64,000 nt of DNA from Deltaproteobacteria bacterium. GTDB lineage: Bacteria; Desulfobacterota; GWC2-55-46; JADFVP01. Position 1 is the first letter of the stretch; each line of letters opens with the position of its first letter. Shown here piece by piece: positions 50,156 to 60,938 of the stretch. The DNA is taken from contig JAJRZX010000039.1 of the NCBI GenBank assembly GCA_024275045.1, positions 586 through 64,585 of the forward strand, given 5' to 3'. A model generated the notes under the pieces. The model had not been told where the DNA came from. It did not search any database and saw nothing but the letters and a program-made list of their open reading frames with translations. Both the position numbers and the translations under genes were made by a program.

Positions 50156-51052
50156 TTAAGAAGGCCGCCGTGAGGCTCCGCCCTTTTTCACCTTGTCATC
50201 CCACATAAGTCTCTGTCTGAGTATATCAAAATAACTTTTGCCTTCATACTTAATTAAATACACACTGGTCTCTGCACGCCTTACGGATACAATATCTCCG
50301 CACTCTATGGGCACTTCCTGCTCGCCGTCAAGTACGAGGACAATGCTGCTGCCCTGATCCGGACACACGGTTATATCAACGGTCATCCAGTCAGGGATAA
50401 CCACGGGACGGTTCATGAAGTTAAAGGGGCATATGGGCGCAACTATTATAGAGTGTATGGTGGGGTAGAGTATGGGGCCGGAGGCAGAGAGAGAGTAGGC
50501 CGTAGAGCCCGTGGGCGTGGCCACGATAAGACCATCGGCCCTGTAAGTGGTAACGTATTCTCTGTTAATACTTGTCTCAAGCCTAATAAGACGAACGGAT
50601 AAACCCTTTACCACCGCCTCGTTAAGCACCCTGTAAGAAGAATGAAGGACTCCCTGCCTTGTAATATCCACAGAGAGCATCATACGCTGCTCTATGGAAA
50701 AATCGCCCTCAAGGACCTTCTCGGCCATCTCCCGCGCTTCTTTCACCGTAACGGAAGTAAGAAAACCGAGCCCGCCAAGGTTAATACCCATTACAGGGAT
50801 ATCAAGACCTGCAACAAGTTTTACCGCGCGCAGCATGGTGCCGTCTCCGCCAAGGACGATTAATACGTCTATGGCATCAAAGAACTCATCATTGCCGCCG
50901 TCTCCTGCCACCACTGATGGGCTGATAAGGGGACTAAGGGCCGCGGAGACAAAGACTTCGCTTCCAAGCCCCTTAATCCAGCGGGCAAGTTTGCACCCGA
51001 AAGCTATGGCCTCGGAGTTGGAATCATTAACTATCATCCCTATTTTTTTCAC
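50156..51052 (-). CDS. nadK: NAD+ kinase
   Basis: It is 298 aa, with the GGDGT motif (LGGDGTML) and NEAVV. Confidence 0.85.
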   Translation of the reverse strand: MKKIGMIVNDSNSEAIAFGCKLARWIKGLGSEVFVSAALSPLISPSVVAGDGGNDEFFDAIDVLIVLGGDGTMLRAVKLVAGLDIPVMGINLGGLGFLTSVTVKEAREMAEKVLEGDFSIEQRMMLSVDITRQGVLHSSYRVLNEAVVKGLSVRLIRLETSINREYVTTYRADGLIVATPTGSTAYSLSASGPILYPTIHSIIVAPICPFNFMNRPVVIPDWMTVDITVCPDQGSSIVLVLDGEQEVPIECGDIVSVRRAETSVYLIKYEGKSYFDILRQRLMWDDKVKKGGASRRPS

Positions 51053-51101
51053 CGGAAGCCACCTCTTGGATAAGTGCCGCTAAAAAAAAACAAACCCTTA
51101 A

Positions 51102-52124
51102 TCAGGCATTGGGCTCTATGATGACCTTTATGGACTCATCTGCCCGGCTCACAAGGTCAAACCCACGGGCCGCATCATCAATGCCAAACCTGTGCGTAAT
51201 CATCTCTGAGACATCAAGAGCTTTTCCCGCTATAAGGTCAAGGGCCGTGAGAGTATCGGCGGGAGGCGAGGCATAGGTATTGATAATGGTAATGTTATCG
51301 CGCCAGAGCTCAAAAAGAGGCATAGGGTAAGTCTCCCCGGGTTTACCCGGGGCAAAAAAGAGAAGTGTGCCTGCCCTGTCTACAGAGTCCACGGCCTGTT
51401 TTACCGCGGCGCTGCTTCCCGCGCAGATGGCAACTATATCGGCTGCTCTGCCAAGGACCTCACGCACTTTGGCGGGGACATCAAGGCGTGCGCTAAGGGC
51501 GAAATCCGCCCCTGCCTCCTCGGCCATCTTAAGCCTCGCGGCGGTAATATCAGTGGCCACAACAGCAGATGCCCCAAGTGCCCGGGCAAGGCGTATGTGG
51601 ATAAGCCCTGAGATGCCGCTGCCGAGGACAAGAAGGCTTTTACCCGGTGCAAGACCGGCCTTTCTAAGGCCCCGCACCACGCAGCCGAGAGGTTCGGCAA
51701 AGGTGGCGTCCTCAAAGCTCATATCAGGAGGCAGCTTAAACGTGCCTTTCTCAACATTTACGGCGGGTACGCGTACGTACTGGGCAAAACCCCCGGGATA
51801 GAAATTCGTGGTACGCAAAGTCTCACATACAGAGTGCTCGCCTCGAAGACAATACCTGCACGTATTACAGGGCACATGATGGGCTACGGTAACACGGTCT
51901 CCGGGGACAAAAGACCGCACCCCCTCCCCTACCTTCTCCACCACCCCGGCAACCTCGTGCCCGAGTACAAGGGGGGCTTTTTTTATCCTGTACCACTCCA
52001 TGACATCGCTGCCGCAGATGCCGCTGGCCATGACCTTAAGAAGCATCTCACCGGCACCTATCTCAGGCACAGGCATTTCCTCAACGCGAACATCGCTGTT
52101 ATTATAGTAGACCGCGGCCTTCAA
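51102..52124 (-). CDS. Zinc-dependent alcohol dehydrogenase (MDR family; threonine/sorbitol dehydrogenase-like)
   Basis: The catalytic Zn motif is GHEVAGVV with the GD. The structural Zn cysteines are C..C..C..C (CNTCRYCLRGEHSVC). The Rossmann motif is GSGISG. Confidence 0.8.
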   Translation of the reverse strand: MKAAVYYNNSDVRVEEMPVPEIGAGEMLLKVMASGICGSDVMEWYRIKKAPLVLGHEVAGVVEKVGEGVRSFVPGDRVTVAHHVPCNTCRYCLRGEHSVCETLRTTNFYPGGFAQYVRVPAVNVEKGTFKLPPDMSFEDATFAEPLGCVVRGLRKAGLAPGKSLLVLGSGISGLIHIRLARALGASAVVATDITAARLKMAEEAGADFALSARLDVPAKVREVLGRAADIVAICAGSSAAVKQAVDSVDRAGTLLFFAPGKPGETYPMPLFELWRDNITIINTYASPPADTLTALDLIAGKALDVSEMITHRFGIDDAARGFDLVSRADESIKVIIEPNA

Positions 52125-52213
52125 TATACACTGTCCTTTTACTTAAAAAAATTACAACTCTTTTCAATCCGTCCCTCATAACCAACGCCACGCGCCGGTT
52201 ACTGACCCGTGCC

Positions 52214-53014
52214 TCAAGTACCTGTTGCGGCCTGCTCTCCGGCAAGGGTATTAAAGAGATCAAATGCCTTATCCGGAGTCATATTATTATGCACAACCTC
52301 ACGCACGGCCTGTATCATGGCAACAGGATGGGTGGACTGGAATATGTTCCTGCCCATATCAACGCCTACCGCACCGTCACTTACGGCACGATACGCGATA
52401 TCAAGGGCCTCTTTTTCCTCTACCTTCTTGCCACCGGCAATGACTATGGGCACGGGGCAGTTTCTTACGACTTTTTTAAAGTCCTCACAGTAATAGGTCT
52501 TTACGATATTGGCCCCAAGCTCTGCGGCTATTCGACAGGCAAGGCCCAGATAACGGGCGTCACGCGCCATCTCTTTACCTACGGCTGTTACGGCTATTAC
52601 GGGAATACCCCGTGAACCCCCAAGGTCTACAAGCTCGGCCAGACCGAGAAGGGTCTGCTTCTCAAGCTCAGAGCCCACAAAGATGGAGAGGGCCACACCT
52701 GCCACATTAAGGCGTACGGCGTCTTCTATGGCAACGGTTCGCCCCTCATCTGCAAGGTTACCGAGGATGCTTGTGCCTCCTGAAACGCGCAGCACTATGG
52801 GAGCATCGGTCTCAGGGCAGATACATGAGCGCAGAACCCCCCTCGTGAGCATGAGGGTATCGGCATGAGGCAAGAGCGGCTCAGCCGTCTTACCCGGCTC
52901 CTCAAGGCCCGATGTGGGGCCGAGAAAGTATCCGTGGTCAATGGCAAGCATAACAGTCCTGCCGGTATCGGGTTTTATAATCCTTGAGAGACGATTTTTC
53001 ATACCCCAGTCCAT
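52214..53014 (-). CDS. Class I aldolase of the DhnA/LsrF (DeoC/FbaB) family
   Basis: It is 266 aa. The Schiff-base lysine region is ANIVKTYY. The protein has a TIM-barrel aldolase pattern. Confidence 0.6.
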   Translation of the reverse strand: MDWGMKNRLSRIIKPDTGRTVMLAIDHGYFLGPTSGLEEPGKTAEPLLPHADTLMLTRGVLRSCICPETDAPIVLRVSGGTSILGNLADEGRTVAIEDAVRLNVAGVALSIFVGSELEKQTLLGLAELVDLGGSRGIPVIAVTAVGKEMARDARYLGLACRIAAELGANIVKTYYCEDFKKVVRNCPVPIVIAGGKKVEEKEALDIAYRAVSDGAVGVDMGRNIFQSTHPVAMIQAVREVVHNNMTPDKAFDLFNTLAGEQAATGT

Positions 53015-53225
53015 AATATATTCCTCCTTGAAAATTTATAACGTTATTGTAAATTCTTTTTATCTAAAGGTTAGGGAAAGCTCCCCTGTTAAGCACCACA
53101 CTCTCCCCTCTGCAATTACAGGCATAAGAGGCCGACTTTATCTATAATAGAATATCAGCACGGCCTTACCGCGTCAAGACCGGTAGAGTTAAAAGGGGGG
53201 GATTTATTTCTTTATCTTACAGGTC

Positions 53226-53495
53226 TCAAGCGTCCTTATCGGCAAAGAATTTTTCCTTGCACTCAGGGCCGCAGAAATACACAACCCCGTGCCTTGACCT
53301 TACCTTAAGTGCCTCGCTCATGGGGACGTAACTCTCGCAGACAGGGTCCTGCACCATCTCCTCCTCGTCTCGAACAGGGGGGGCCGGCTTTTGGGCCTGC
53401 GTGCCCCTGCCTCTGACGCTGCGTTTCTGCGAGAATCGCCCCTTCAGTATCATATAAACGAGGTAGCCTGCGAGTATGTAAACAAGAAACTTCAT
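53226..53495 (-). CDS. Small membrane protein with a YHS/TRASH metal-binding domain
   Basis: It is 89 aa, with an N-terminal TM and the C-terminal motif DPVCESYVP...YFCGPECKEKF. Confidence 0.55.
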   Translation of the reverse strand: MKFLVYILAGYLVYMILKGRFSQKRSVRGRGTQAQKPAPPVRDEEEMVQDPVCESYVPMSEALKVRSRHGVVYFCGPECKEKFFADKDA

Positions 53496-53512
53496 AATTT
53501 ATCCGATTTTAT

Positions 53513-54007
53513 TTAAGGCAGCCTCTTTACAGCCGCGCGGCTCCTAAGCCTCCGGTAAAGCCCTCTCATGGATACGTTAAAAACAGGGTGTATAAAATCA
53601 GGGGCAATATCCAATATGGGCAGAAGCGCAAAGCCCCTCTCGTGTACCCGCGCGTGAGGCACGGTAAGCGTCTGCCCCTTCACGATACGGCGGCCAAAAA
53701 AAAGTAAGTCCAAGTCAATAACCCGCGGCCCCCATCTACGGCCTCGGCCCCTTCCAAGCTCTCGCTCAATGCCCTTTAAGAGCACCAATAAACCAAGAGG
53801 GCCAAGTGTGGTACGTACCTCAACTACGGCATTTACAAAGGGTCTCTGACCAAGCACGCCCCAGGGGGCGCTCTCGTACAGATGGCTCATGTTTGTAAGC
53901 TTTACAGAGATGGCCTCACCGAGAGTCTCCGCTGCCTTACAGCAGTTGGAACGGCGGTGCCCGATATTTGAGCCAAGACCTATAAATACCCGTTCTTCGC
54001 TATTCAT
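53513..54007 (-). CDS. folK: 2-amino-4-hydroxy-6-hydroxymethyldihydropteridine pyrophosphokinase (HPPK)
   Basis: It is 164 aa, with FIGLGSNIG, the YESAPWG-like motif (LYESAPWG) and GPRVIDLDLL. Confidence 0.85.
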   Translation of the reverse strand: MNSEERVFIGLGSNIGHRRSNCCKAAETLGEAISVKLTNMSHLYESAPWGVLGQRPFVNAVVEVRTTLGPLGLLVLLKGIERELGRGRGRRWGPRVIDLDLLFFGRRIVKGQTLTVPHARVHERGFALLPILDIAPDFIHPVFNVSMRGLYRRLRSRAAVKRLP

Positions 54008-54048
54008 AGGCGAAAGACTTAACCTGCCCCTTGTTCTGTACTCTCTAC

Positions 54049-55284
54049 TTAAAATTTCAGGCCAAGCCCCGCGAGGCGCACCCTGAGCTCACTGATGACC
54101 CTCTCCTCATCGGCCCTGTCCGCTGCGGCAAAGGTAGCGGAGAAACGTAAATAAGAACCCGCGTTATCCCAGGGCACCGTGGAGATATGGGCCTTCCTGA
54201 TGAGGTGCTCCGAGGCCTCTTCGGCGTTACCAAATTTCGTCCCGTCACCTGATGCCACGGGGGCCTTTACGTAGAGATAAAAAGTCCCGCCCGGCATAAC
54301 GGCGTTAAAGCCGCTCTCTTTAAGGGCCTCTACCATCTGAGTTAGCCTGCGCTTGTACTTGGCTGAGATCTCTTCTGTTATCTCAGGGGTGGCCAGGGCC
54401 TGCACGCCTGCCTTCTGAATGGCCTTGAACTGGCCTGAATCATAATTGTCCTTTACATGGGCAAAGGCCCCGATGACCTTGCTGTTGCCTGCTAAAAAGG
54501 CTATCCTCCAGCCCGTCATATTGTAAGCCTTTGAGAGCGAATGAATCTCCACGCCTACATCCATTGCGCCCGGGGTGGAGAGAAAACTAAGGGGCGCTCC
54601 TGTGTGGCAAAGGGCCGCGTACGCAGCGTCGTGAACCACGATTATATTATTGGCAGCCGCGAACTCCACGACCTCTTCAAAAAACTTTGCCGTGGCAGAG
54701 GCGCCTGTGGGGTTATTTGGGTAATTCAGGTAAAGAAGCTTGGTGCGCTTGAGATCTGCCGCGCTTATGGCCTTAAGGTCAGGGAGAAAGGCGTTTTTTT
54801 CAAGCAAAGGCAGCTCTACCACAACTCCGCCGTGCCACTCAGTGTGCGTTGCCATAACAGGGTAACCCGGAGTGGTCATAAGCATGGCATCGCCCTTGTT
54901 TATAAAGGCATCAGGCATCATGGCAAGGGCGCACTTTGAGCCTATGGAGTGAATAATCTCAGTCTCGGGGTTTAGCCCCTTTACACCAAAGACTCGTGCC
55001 ATGTACTCTGCGGCGGCTGCTTTAAACTCGGGTATGCCGTTATCAGCGTAACCTCTGTTCTCGGATTTTTCACACTCTATCTGCAGGGCCTTTACAACAG
55101 CGGGAAAGGCCATTGCGTCAGGCTCGCCAACACCAAAGTCCAGTATCTCAGTCGATGGGTCCGCTGCCATGGCAGCGGCCTTGGCCCTCTTTATCTTCTC
55201 AAACTTGTATATCTTCGTATCTTTTCCAAAGGAACTGCCGCCCAACCTCTCGGCAAAAAGGCCCTGTATAAAACTCTCGCTCAT
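54049..55284 (-). CDS. Class I/II aminotransferase, LL-diaminopimelate aminotransferase (DapL)-like
   Basis: It is 411 aa. The PLP lysine context is SLSKAYNMTGWRIAF and the fold type is I. The specific substrate cannot be proven from sequence. Confidence 0.6.
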   Translation of the reverse strand: MSESFIQGLFAERLGGSSFGKDTKIYKFEKIKRAKAAAMAADPSTEILDFGVGEPDAMAFPAVVKALQIECEKSENRGYADNGIPEFKAAAAEYMARVFGVKGLNPETEIIHSIGSKCALAMMPDAFINKGDAMLMTTPGYPVMATHTEWHGGVVVELPLLEKNAFLPDLKAISAADLKRTKLLYLNYPNNPTGASATAKFFEEVVEFAAANNIIVVHDAAYAALCHTGAPLSFLSTPGAMDVGVEIHSLSKAYNMTGWRIAFLAGNSKVIGAFAHVKDNYDSGQFKAIQKAGVQALATPEITEEISAKYKRRLTQMVEALKESGFNAVMPGGTFYLYVKAPVASGDGTKFGNAEEASEHLIRKAHISTVPWDNAGSYLRFSATFAAADRADEERVISELRVRLAGLGLKF

Positions 55285-55342
55285 CTGCTCTCTCCTGAGA
55301 TTATTTTTTTAAAGCCAGGTCTCTTAACCTGCCTCATTATCT

Positions 55343-56119
55343 TTATACCACGGTATTCACAAGGCTGCCTACGCCCTGCACCCGTACCTCTACGGTATCG
55401 CCCGGTCTCATCTTGCCAACCCCCGGAGGCGTGCCGGTGGCTATTACATCTCCCGGCAGCAGGGTCATTACCTTTGAGACAAAACTCACAAGCTCACTTA
55501 CAGTAAATATCATATCAGCCGTATTTCCCCGCTGCCGCCTCTCGCCGTTAAGAAAAGTCTCTATGGTAAGGTCTCCCGTATCAAGCTCAGTCTCTATCCA
55601 CGGCCCCATGGGGGCGAAGGTATCAAAACTCTTGGCCCTTGTCCACTGCCTGTCCTTACCCTGAAGGTCCCGTGCCGTTACATCATTAAAGGCCGTGTAA
55701 CCCAGTATAAACGAAGGGGCCTCTGATACGGTTACGTCCTTTGCCGTCTTCGCTATAATTATGGCAAGCTCGCCCTCGTAGTCCACCCTGTGAGACATAT
55801 GGGCAGGGTAAACAATATTCTCCCCCGGACCTATAACAGAGGTAGATGGTTTTAGAAACAACAAGGGCTCATCAGGGAGTTCCTGATTAAATTCGGCGGC
55901 ATGGGCCTTGTAGTTAAGCCCTATGGCCACTATCTTGGAAGGCAGAACCGGGGCAAGGAGAGTGGTATCCGCCAGTTTGTAATACCTGCCTCTCTTCATA
56001 TCGCCGCCTTTACCGCCGCCAAAAAAAACCCCGGCAGCAACCTCGGTAAACCCCTCGGCCCCATCCTCCATTACGGCATAACCCGCCTTATCATCTGACA
56101 AAAAACGGAGCAGCCTCAT
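55343..56119 (-). CDS. Fumarylacetoacetate hydrolase (FAH) family protein
   Basis: It is 258 aa, with the FAH-fold motifs [12 protein letters not shown] and [12 protein letters not shown]. Confidence 0.8.
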   Translation of the reverse strand: MRLLRFLSDDKAGYAVMEDGAEGFTEVAAGVFFGGGKGGDMKRGRYYKLADTTLLAPVLPSKIVAIGLNYKAHAAEFNQELPDEPLLFLKPSTSVIGPGENIVYPAHMSHRVDYEGELAIIIAKTAKDVTVSEAPSFILGYTAFNDVTARDLQGKDRQWTRAKSFDTFAPMGPWIETELDTGDLTIETFLNGERRQRGNTADMIFTVSELVSFVSKVMTLLPGDVIATGTPPGVGKMRPGDTVEVRVQGVGSLVNTVV

Positions 56120-56177
56120 AATAGCCCCGGAGCAAGGTTATAACTTATACCCCAACAGGCCCCCTTAAAAAAAGACA

Positions 56178-57392
56178 TTACTTCGGCCTCTTTTTGTTCA
56201 TCAGGCTCTCAAGCTTTAGAGAGAGTGAGCTTATGCTTATAAAACCCTCCGCGTCCTGCTGATCATAGACATCGTCTTCCTCGAATGTAGCGAGCTTGGG
56301 GTTGTATAGAGATTTTTCGGCCTTTCTGCCAACTATTACGCAGTTGCCCTTGTAGAGTTTCAGACGCGCCCTGCCCGTAATCACAGAGGCCGCGCGGTCA
56401 AAGAATGCCTGCAAAGCCTGTCTTTCCTCTGAGTACCAGTACCCGTAGTAGATAATCTCGGCGTAGCGCGGGATAAGGGAGTTGCGTAGATGCATTACAT
56501 CCCTACTCATGGTAATGGACTCAACGGCTCGCCTGCCCTGATGCAGGATGGTGCCGCCGGGGGTCTCGTAGATACCCCTTGACTTCATGCCCACGTAACG
56601 GGACTCTACCATATCCACCATGCCCACGGCATTGAGGCCGCCAAGGGTATTAAGACGGGCAAGGAGTTTCGCGGGGCTCATGGGCCGGCCGTTCAAGGCC
56701 ACGGCATCGCCGCCCTCGTAATCAATCTCAATATAAGTGGCCTTGTCAGGGGCCTTCTCAAGAGGCACTGTATAACGGAACATATCCTCAGGCGGCTCCA
56801 CGTAAGGGTCCTCAAGCACGCCGCCCTCGAAACTTAAGTGCAGCAGGTTCCCATCACAGCTGTAGGGCTTTTTTTTCGTAACAGGCACGTGGATGCCATG
56901 ATTTTTAGCATAAGCGATAAGGTCGCTGCGGCCCTTCAGGTCCCACTCGCGCCACGGTGCGATGACCTTTATCTCAGGGTTGATGTAATAATAGGTAAGC
57001 TCAAAACGTACCTGATCATTACCCTTGCCCGTTGCTCCGTGGGCAACGGCGTCAGAGCGAGTTTTTTTAACTACATCCATCTGCGCCTTGGCGATTAGCG
57101 GCCTTGCTATGGCCGTACCAAGCAGATACTCACCCTCGTACACGGCTCCAGCCCTTATCATGGGAAAGACAAAGTCACGGGCAAACTCTTCCTTCAGGTC
57201 AAGTATATGTATGCTTACCGCCCCTGTCTTCATGGCCTTGGCCTTCAGGCCCTTTATCTCGCCGCCCTGCCCCACATCGGCTACAAAGGCTACGACCTCG
57301 CACTCGTATTTTTCCTTAATCCATTTTATTATTATAGACGTATCCAGCCCGCCTGAGTAAGCGAGAACAACTCTCTTTACCTTCTTATCCAT
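56178..57392 (-). CDS. argG: Argininosuccinate synthase
   Basis: It is 404 aa, with the PP-loop AYSGGLDTS. Confidence 0.95.
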   Translation of the reverse strand: MDKKVKRVVLAYSGGLDTSIIIKWIKEKYECEVVAFVADVGQGGEIKGLKAKAMKTGAVSIHILDLKEEFARDFVFPMIRAGAVYEGEYLLGTAIARPLIAKAQMDVVKKTRSDAVAHGATGKGNDQVRFELTYYYINPEIKVIAPWREWDLKGRSDLIAYAKNHGIHVPVTKKKPYSCDGNLLHLSFEGGVLEDPYVEPPEDMFRYTVPLEKAPDKATYIEIDYEGGDAVALNGRPMSPAKLLARLNTLGGLNAVGMVDMVESRYVGMKSRGIYETPGGTILHQGRRAVESITMSRDVMHLRNSLIPRYAEIIYYGYWYSEERQALQAFFDRAASVITGRARLKLYKGNCVIVGRKAEKSLYNPKLATFEEDDVYDQQDAEGFISISSLSLKLESLMNKKRPK

Positions 57393-57530
57393 CGTTACCC
57401 CTTTATCCCTTTTTTTTACTCGGCATCACACCGGCAAAGCCTGTGAGCATAAGGCCATCATAAGATGGCAGCATTAATATTTGTATTCCGCCCAAGTCCC
57501 AAATACCATTAATAAGGCCCCCTGGACCCA

Positions 57531-58433
57531 TTAAGAGATGAGAAGGCGTTCAAGTATGGCCTTTTGCATATGCAGCCTGTTCTCGGCCTGGTCCCATACA
57601 ACAGAGTGGGGCCCCTCCAGAACATCCTCGGTAATTTCCTCGTCCCTGTGCGCAGGCAGGCAATGCATTACAATGGCGTCTTTATCCGCCAGCGCAAGAA
57701 CCTCTTGATTTATCTCAAAGCCCTTAAAGACCCCCTCTCTCGTCTCCTGCTCATGCTCCTGGCCCATGGAGGCCCAGACATCGGTATTAAGGACATCGGC
57801 ACCGCGGGCCGCCTCTTCCACTGAGCTTACAAGGTGAATATTTCCCGCACCTCCGGCCTCTGCCAGAAGCCCCTCATCAGGAAGGTGGCCCTGAGGGCAG
57901 GCAAGCCTCAGCTCAAAACCAAGCCTTGCGGCGGCCTCTATCCAGGAGTGGGCCATATTATTGCCATCGCCTATCCAGCAGACCTTCAGCCCCTCGTAAC
58001 CGCCCTTTTTTTCCACTATTGTAAGCACATCGGCCAGGACCTGACAGGGGTGATGAGCATCGGTAAGTCCGTTAATAACAGGCACATTTGAGTAGCGCGC
58101 GTATTCATCAAGTTTGTCATGACCAAAGGTGCGTATCACCACGGCATCCACATAACCTGACATGACACGGGCCGTGTCCTTAATGGGTTCGCCGCGGCCT
58201 ATCTGAGAGTCCGCGGAGCTTAAAAAAATTGCCGAGCCGCCAAGATGAAACATGGCCGTCTCAAAAGATACACGCGTACGCGTGGAGGATTTCTCAAAGA
58301 TAAGGGCCAGCACACGGCCCCGCAGCGGATGATTGGGTATGCCTCTGCGGTGTCTGTCCTTAAGGACAGCGGCGCTTCGCAGCAGCTCGTCTATGGCTTT
58401 TTTATCAAGATCAAATATTCGAAGTAAATGCAT
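57531..58433 (-). CDS. argF: Ornithine carbamoyltransferase
   Basis: It is 300 aa, with STRTR and HCLP motifs. Confidence 0.95.
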   Translation of the reverse strand: MHLLRIFDLDKKAIDELLRSAAVLKDRHRRGIPNHPLRGRVLALIFEKSSTRTRVSFETAMFHLGGSAIFLSSADSQIGRGEPIKDTARVMSGYVDAVVIRTFGHDKLDEYARYSNVPVINGLTDAHHPCQVLADVLTIVEKKGGYEGLKVCWIGDGNNMAHSWIEAAARLGFELRLACPQGHLPDEGLLAEAGGAGNIHLVSSVEEAARGADVLNTDVWASMGQEHEQETREGVFKGFEINQEVLALADKDAIVMHCLPAHRDEEITEDVLEGPHSVVWDQAENRLHMQKAILERLLIS

Positions 58434-58460
58434 ATATCCTCATGGATTTTTATTGGCTTC

Positions 58461-58715
58461 ACGGGAGGCAAGGCTTATGTTCAGAGAACTTGCAGCTGTT
58501 CCCCCCTATTGATTTTCTCTATCTTGGTTTCTTTTTCCCAAGTTTCACGGGAGGCAAGGCTTATGTTCAGAGAACTTGCAGCTGTTCCCCCCGTTGGTTT
58601 TCTCTATCTTGGTTTCTTTTTCCAAAGTTTCACGGGAGGCAGACTTCAATTCAGAGAACTTGCAGCTGTTCCCCCCGTTGGTTTTCTTTATCTTACTTTC
58701 TTTTTCCCAAAAGAA
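58461..58715. repeat. Three tandem repeats of about 84 bp in the argD-argF intergenic region
   Basis: The unit is CACGGGAGGCAAGGCTTATGTTCAGAGAACTTGCAGCTGTTCCCCCC(G/T)TTG(A/G)TTTTCTCTATCTTGGTTTCTTTTTCC(C/A)AAGTTT. Units 1-2 are about 95% identical. The third copy ends in the perfect hairpin CTTACTTTCTTT-TTCCCA-AAAGAAAGTAAG at 58692-58721. Confidence 0.8.
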
Positions 58716-58727
58716 AGTAAGGTGGCT

Positions 58728-59945
58728 TTATACTTTATCAAGCACCTTACCGAGGATTCTTATCATCTCGTCCACATCTTCGGCGGTAAGTATAAGAGGC
58801 GGCAGAAAGCGCAGCACGCTCTCTCCGGCTCCGATGACAAGCAGTCCCGCTGCAAGGCAGCCTTTTACTATATCCGCAACAGGGGCATCTATCTCCATGC
58901 CGATGATAAGCCCTTTACCGCGTACGCTTTTTATAAAACCATACTTTTCTTTAAGCACAAGGAGCTCGGCAAGGATATAATCTCCCATGGTGAGGCAGTT
59001 CTGAAGTATCCCCTCATTTAAGATGGTCTTTACCGTAGCCATAGCAGCGGCCGTGGCAAGGGGGTTGCCGCCAAAGGTTGATGCGTGGCTTCCCGGCCCA
59101 AAGGCCCCTTGGACCAGATCGTCTACGAGCATGGCGCCTATGGCCATGCCTCCGCCAAGGGCCTTGGCAAGGGTCATTATATTGGGGGTGGTGCCGTAGT
59201 GCTCATGGGCAAAGAGTTTGCCTGTCCTGCCCACGCCCACCTGTACCTCGTCAAAGATAAGCAGTACACCGCGCTTGACGCATATTTCTTTCAGCCCCTT
59301 GAGGTACCCCTTATCCGGCACTATGACCCCGCCCTCGCCCTGAATGGGCTCTACCATAACAGCGGCGGTCTCAGAGTCTATGGCCTTGCTCACGGCCTCA
59401 AGGTCGTTAAAGGGGATGTATGTGAATTTTTCAAGGAATGGCTCAAAGCCCTTGCGTACCTTTTCCTGCCCTGTTGCCGCAAGTGTAGCAAAGGTACGTC
59501 CGTGAAAGGACTTCTCCATGGTAAGAATTTTAAAACGGCGCTGCCCCTTATCGGAAAAAAACTTTCTCGCCAGCTTTATCGCCGCCTCATTGGCCTCGGC
59601 ACCTGAGTTACAGAAAAAGACCTTATCGGCAAAGGATTTTTCAGTAAGCAGAGCCGCAAGCTCAGCCTGAGGTCTGATATGGTAAAGGTTGGAGATATGA
59701 ATGAGTTTAGCGGCCTGCTCCTGAATGGCCCATACTACCGCGGGATGAGAGTGCCCCAGGTTGCAGACGGCTATACCTGAGGTAAAGTCCAGGTACTCGT
59801 TGCCTGATGCGTCCCATACCTTGACGCCGTCACCCCGCACCATTGCCACGGGAAAACGCTTGTATGTATTAAGGACATGAGCCTCGGAAAGGTCTATTAT
59901 CTCTTCGTTAGTCAATGAGTCGGCGCTCCTCTGATTCGTCTCCAA
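58728..59945 (-). CDS. argD: Acetylornithine aminotransferase
   Basis: It is 405 aa, a class III aminotransferase, with the PLP lysine in FDEVQVGVGRTGK. Confidence 0.9.
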   Translation of the reverse strand: METNQRSADSLTNEEIIDLSEAHVLNTYKRFPVAMVRGDGVKVWDASGNEYLDFTSGIAVCNLGHSHPAVVWAIQEQAAKLIHISNLYHIRPQAELAALLTEKSFADKVFFCNSGAEANEAAIKLARKFFSDKGQRRFKILTMEKSFHGRTFATLAATGQEKVRKGFEPFLEKFTYIPFNDLEAVSKAIDSETAAVMVEPIQGEGGVIVPDKGYLKGLKEICVKRGVLLIFDEVQVGVGRTGKLFAHEHYGTTPNIMTLAKALGGGMAIGAMLVDDLVQGAFGPGSHASTFGGNPLATAAAMATVKTILNEGILQNCLTMGDYILAELLVLKEKYGFIKSVRGKGLIIGMEIDAPVADIVKGCLAAGLLVIGAGESVLRFLPPLILTAEDVDEMIRILGKVLDKV

Positions 59946-59959
59946 GACACCCCCGCAGC

Positions 59960-60871
59960 TCAGGCGGTGACAAGCTCTTGAAGTTCTTTTTTAGCTGCCA
60001 TAACCGTGCCTATACCCGCATCGGTAAATACCTCAAGCAGTACGGCATGCTCCACACGTCCGTCTATGATATGGGCCCGCTTTACTCCATTGGCCACGGC
60101 CCCGAGGCAGCACTTTATCTTTGGTATCATCCCGCCTGTTGCCGCGCCTGTGGTTATGAGCCTGCGCGCGTGGGCAGGGGTGAGCGTAGAGTGGAGTTTC
60201 CCTGCCTTTGAGAGAACACCGGTAACATCGGTAAGGAGGATAAGTTTCTCGGCACCAAGTGCGGAGGCAATACTGCCCGCCGCTGTATCGGCGTTAATAT
60301 TATAGCTCCTGCCCTCAGAGCCGCAGCCAACAGGGGCGATGACGGGAATAAAGCTGTTATCCTCAAGGGTGCGTATAAGAGCTGGGTTTATTGACTCAAC
60401 CTCTCCGGCTCGCCCCATCTTAGCGCCCTTTATCTTAAGCTCCCTTGCGTTAATAAGACCGCCGTCCTTGCCGCCTATGCCAACGGCCTTGCCGCCGTAA
60501 TGGTTAATAAGCCCTACTATCTCCTTATTCACCTTGCCTACAAGGACCATCTCCACTACATCCATGGTCTTATCATCAGTAACGCGTATGCCGTTTACAA
60601 AACGGGTTTTTATGCCCAGCCTCTCAAGGAGCCCGCCTATCTGAGGGCCGCCGCCGTGAACAACAACGGGGTTCAGGCCCACGGACTTCATAAGCACCAC
60701 GTCTCTTGCGAAACTTTTCTTAAGAGACTCATCTGCCATGGCAGCGCCGCCGTACTTTATGACTATGGTCTTTTCGCTGAACTTCCTGATATAAGGAAGG
60801 GCCTCGAAAAGAGTTTTTATTTTAGCTATCTGCGCTTTCATATCTAATGGCCTCTCAGCCCTCCAAAGCAA
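59960..60871 (-). CDS. argB: Acetylglutamate kinase
   Basis: It is 303 aa, with the AAK family motifs KYGG and [10 protein letters not shown]. Confidence 0.9.
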   Translation of the reverse strand: MLWRAERPLDMKAQIAKIKTLFEALPYIRKFSEKTIVIKYGGAAMADESLKKSFARDVVLMKSVGLNPVVVHGGGPQIGGLLERLGIKTRFVNGIRVTDDKTMDVVEMVLVGKVNKEIVGLINHYGGKAVGIGGKDGGLINARELKIKGAKMGRAGEVESINPALIRTLEDNSFIPVIAPVGCGSEGRSYNINADTAAGSIASALGAEKLILLTDVTGVLSKAGKLHSTLTPAHARRLITTGAATGGMIPKIKCCLGAVANGVKRAHIIDGRVEHAVLLEVFTDAGIGTVMAAKKELQELVTA

Positions 60872-60938
60872 TCACGGCCTAAACCATGACCGGTGTTTTT
60901 GCTATCTGCGCTCCCGCATCTCAATAACAAGAGAGCAA

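Noticed and set aside
58428-59021. A 197-aa plus-strand ORF spanning the tandem repeats and running into argD antisense
   Set aside because: Its open frame is created by the in-phase tandem repeats and then runs antisense through argD. Only the short repeat-encoded mini-ORF is worth noting; see the tandem-repeat finding.
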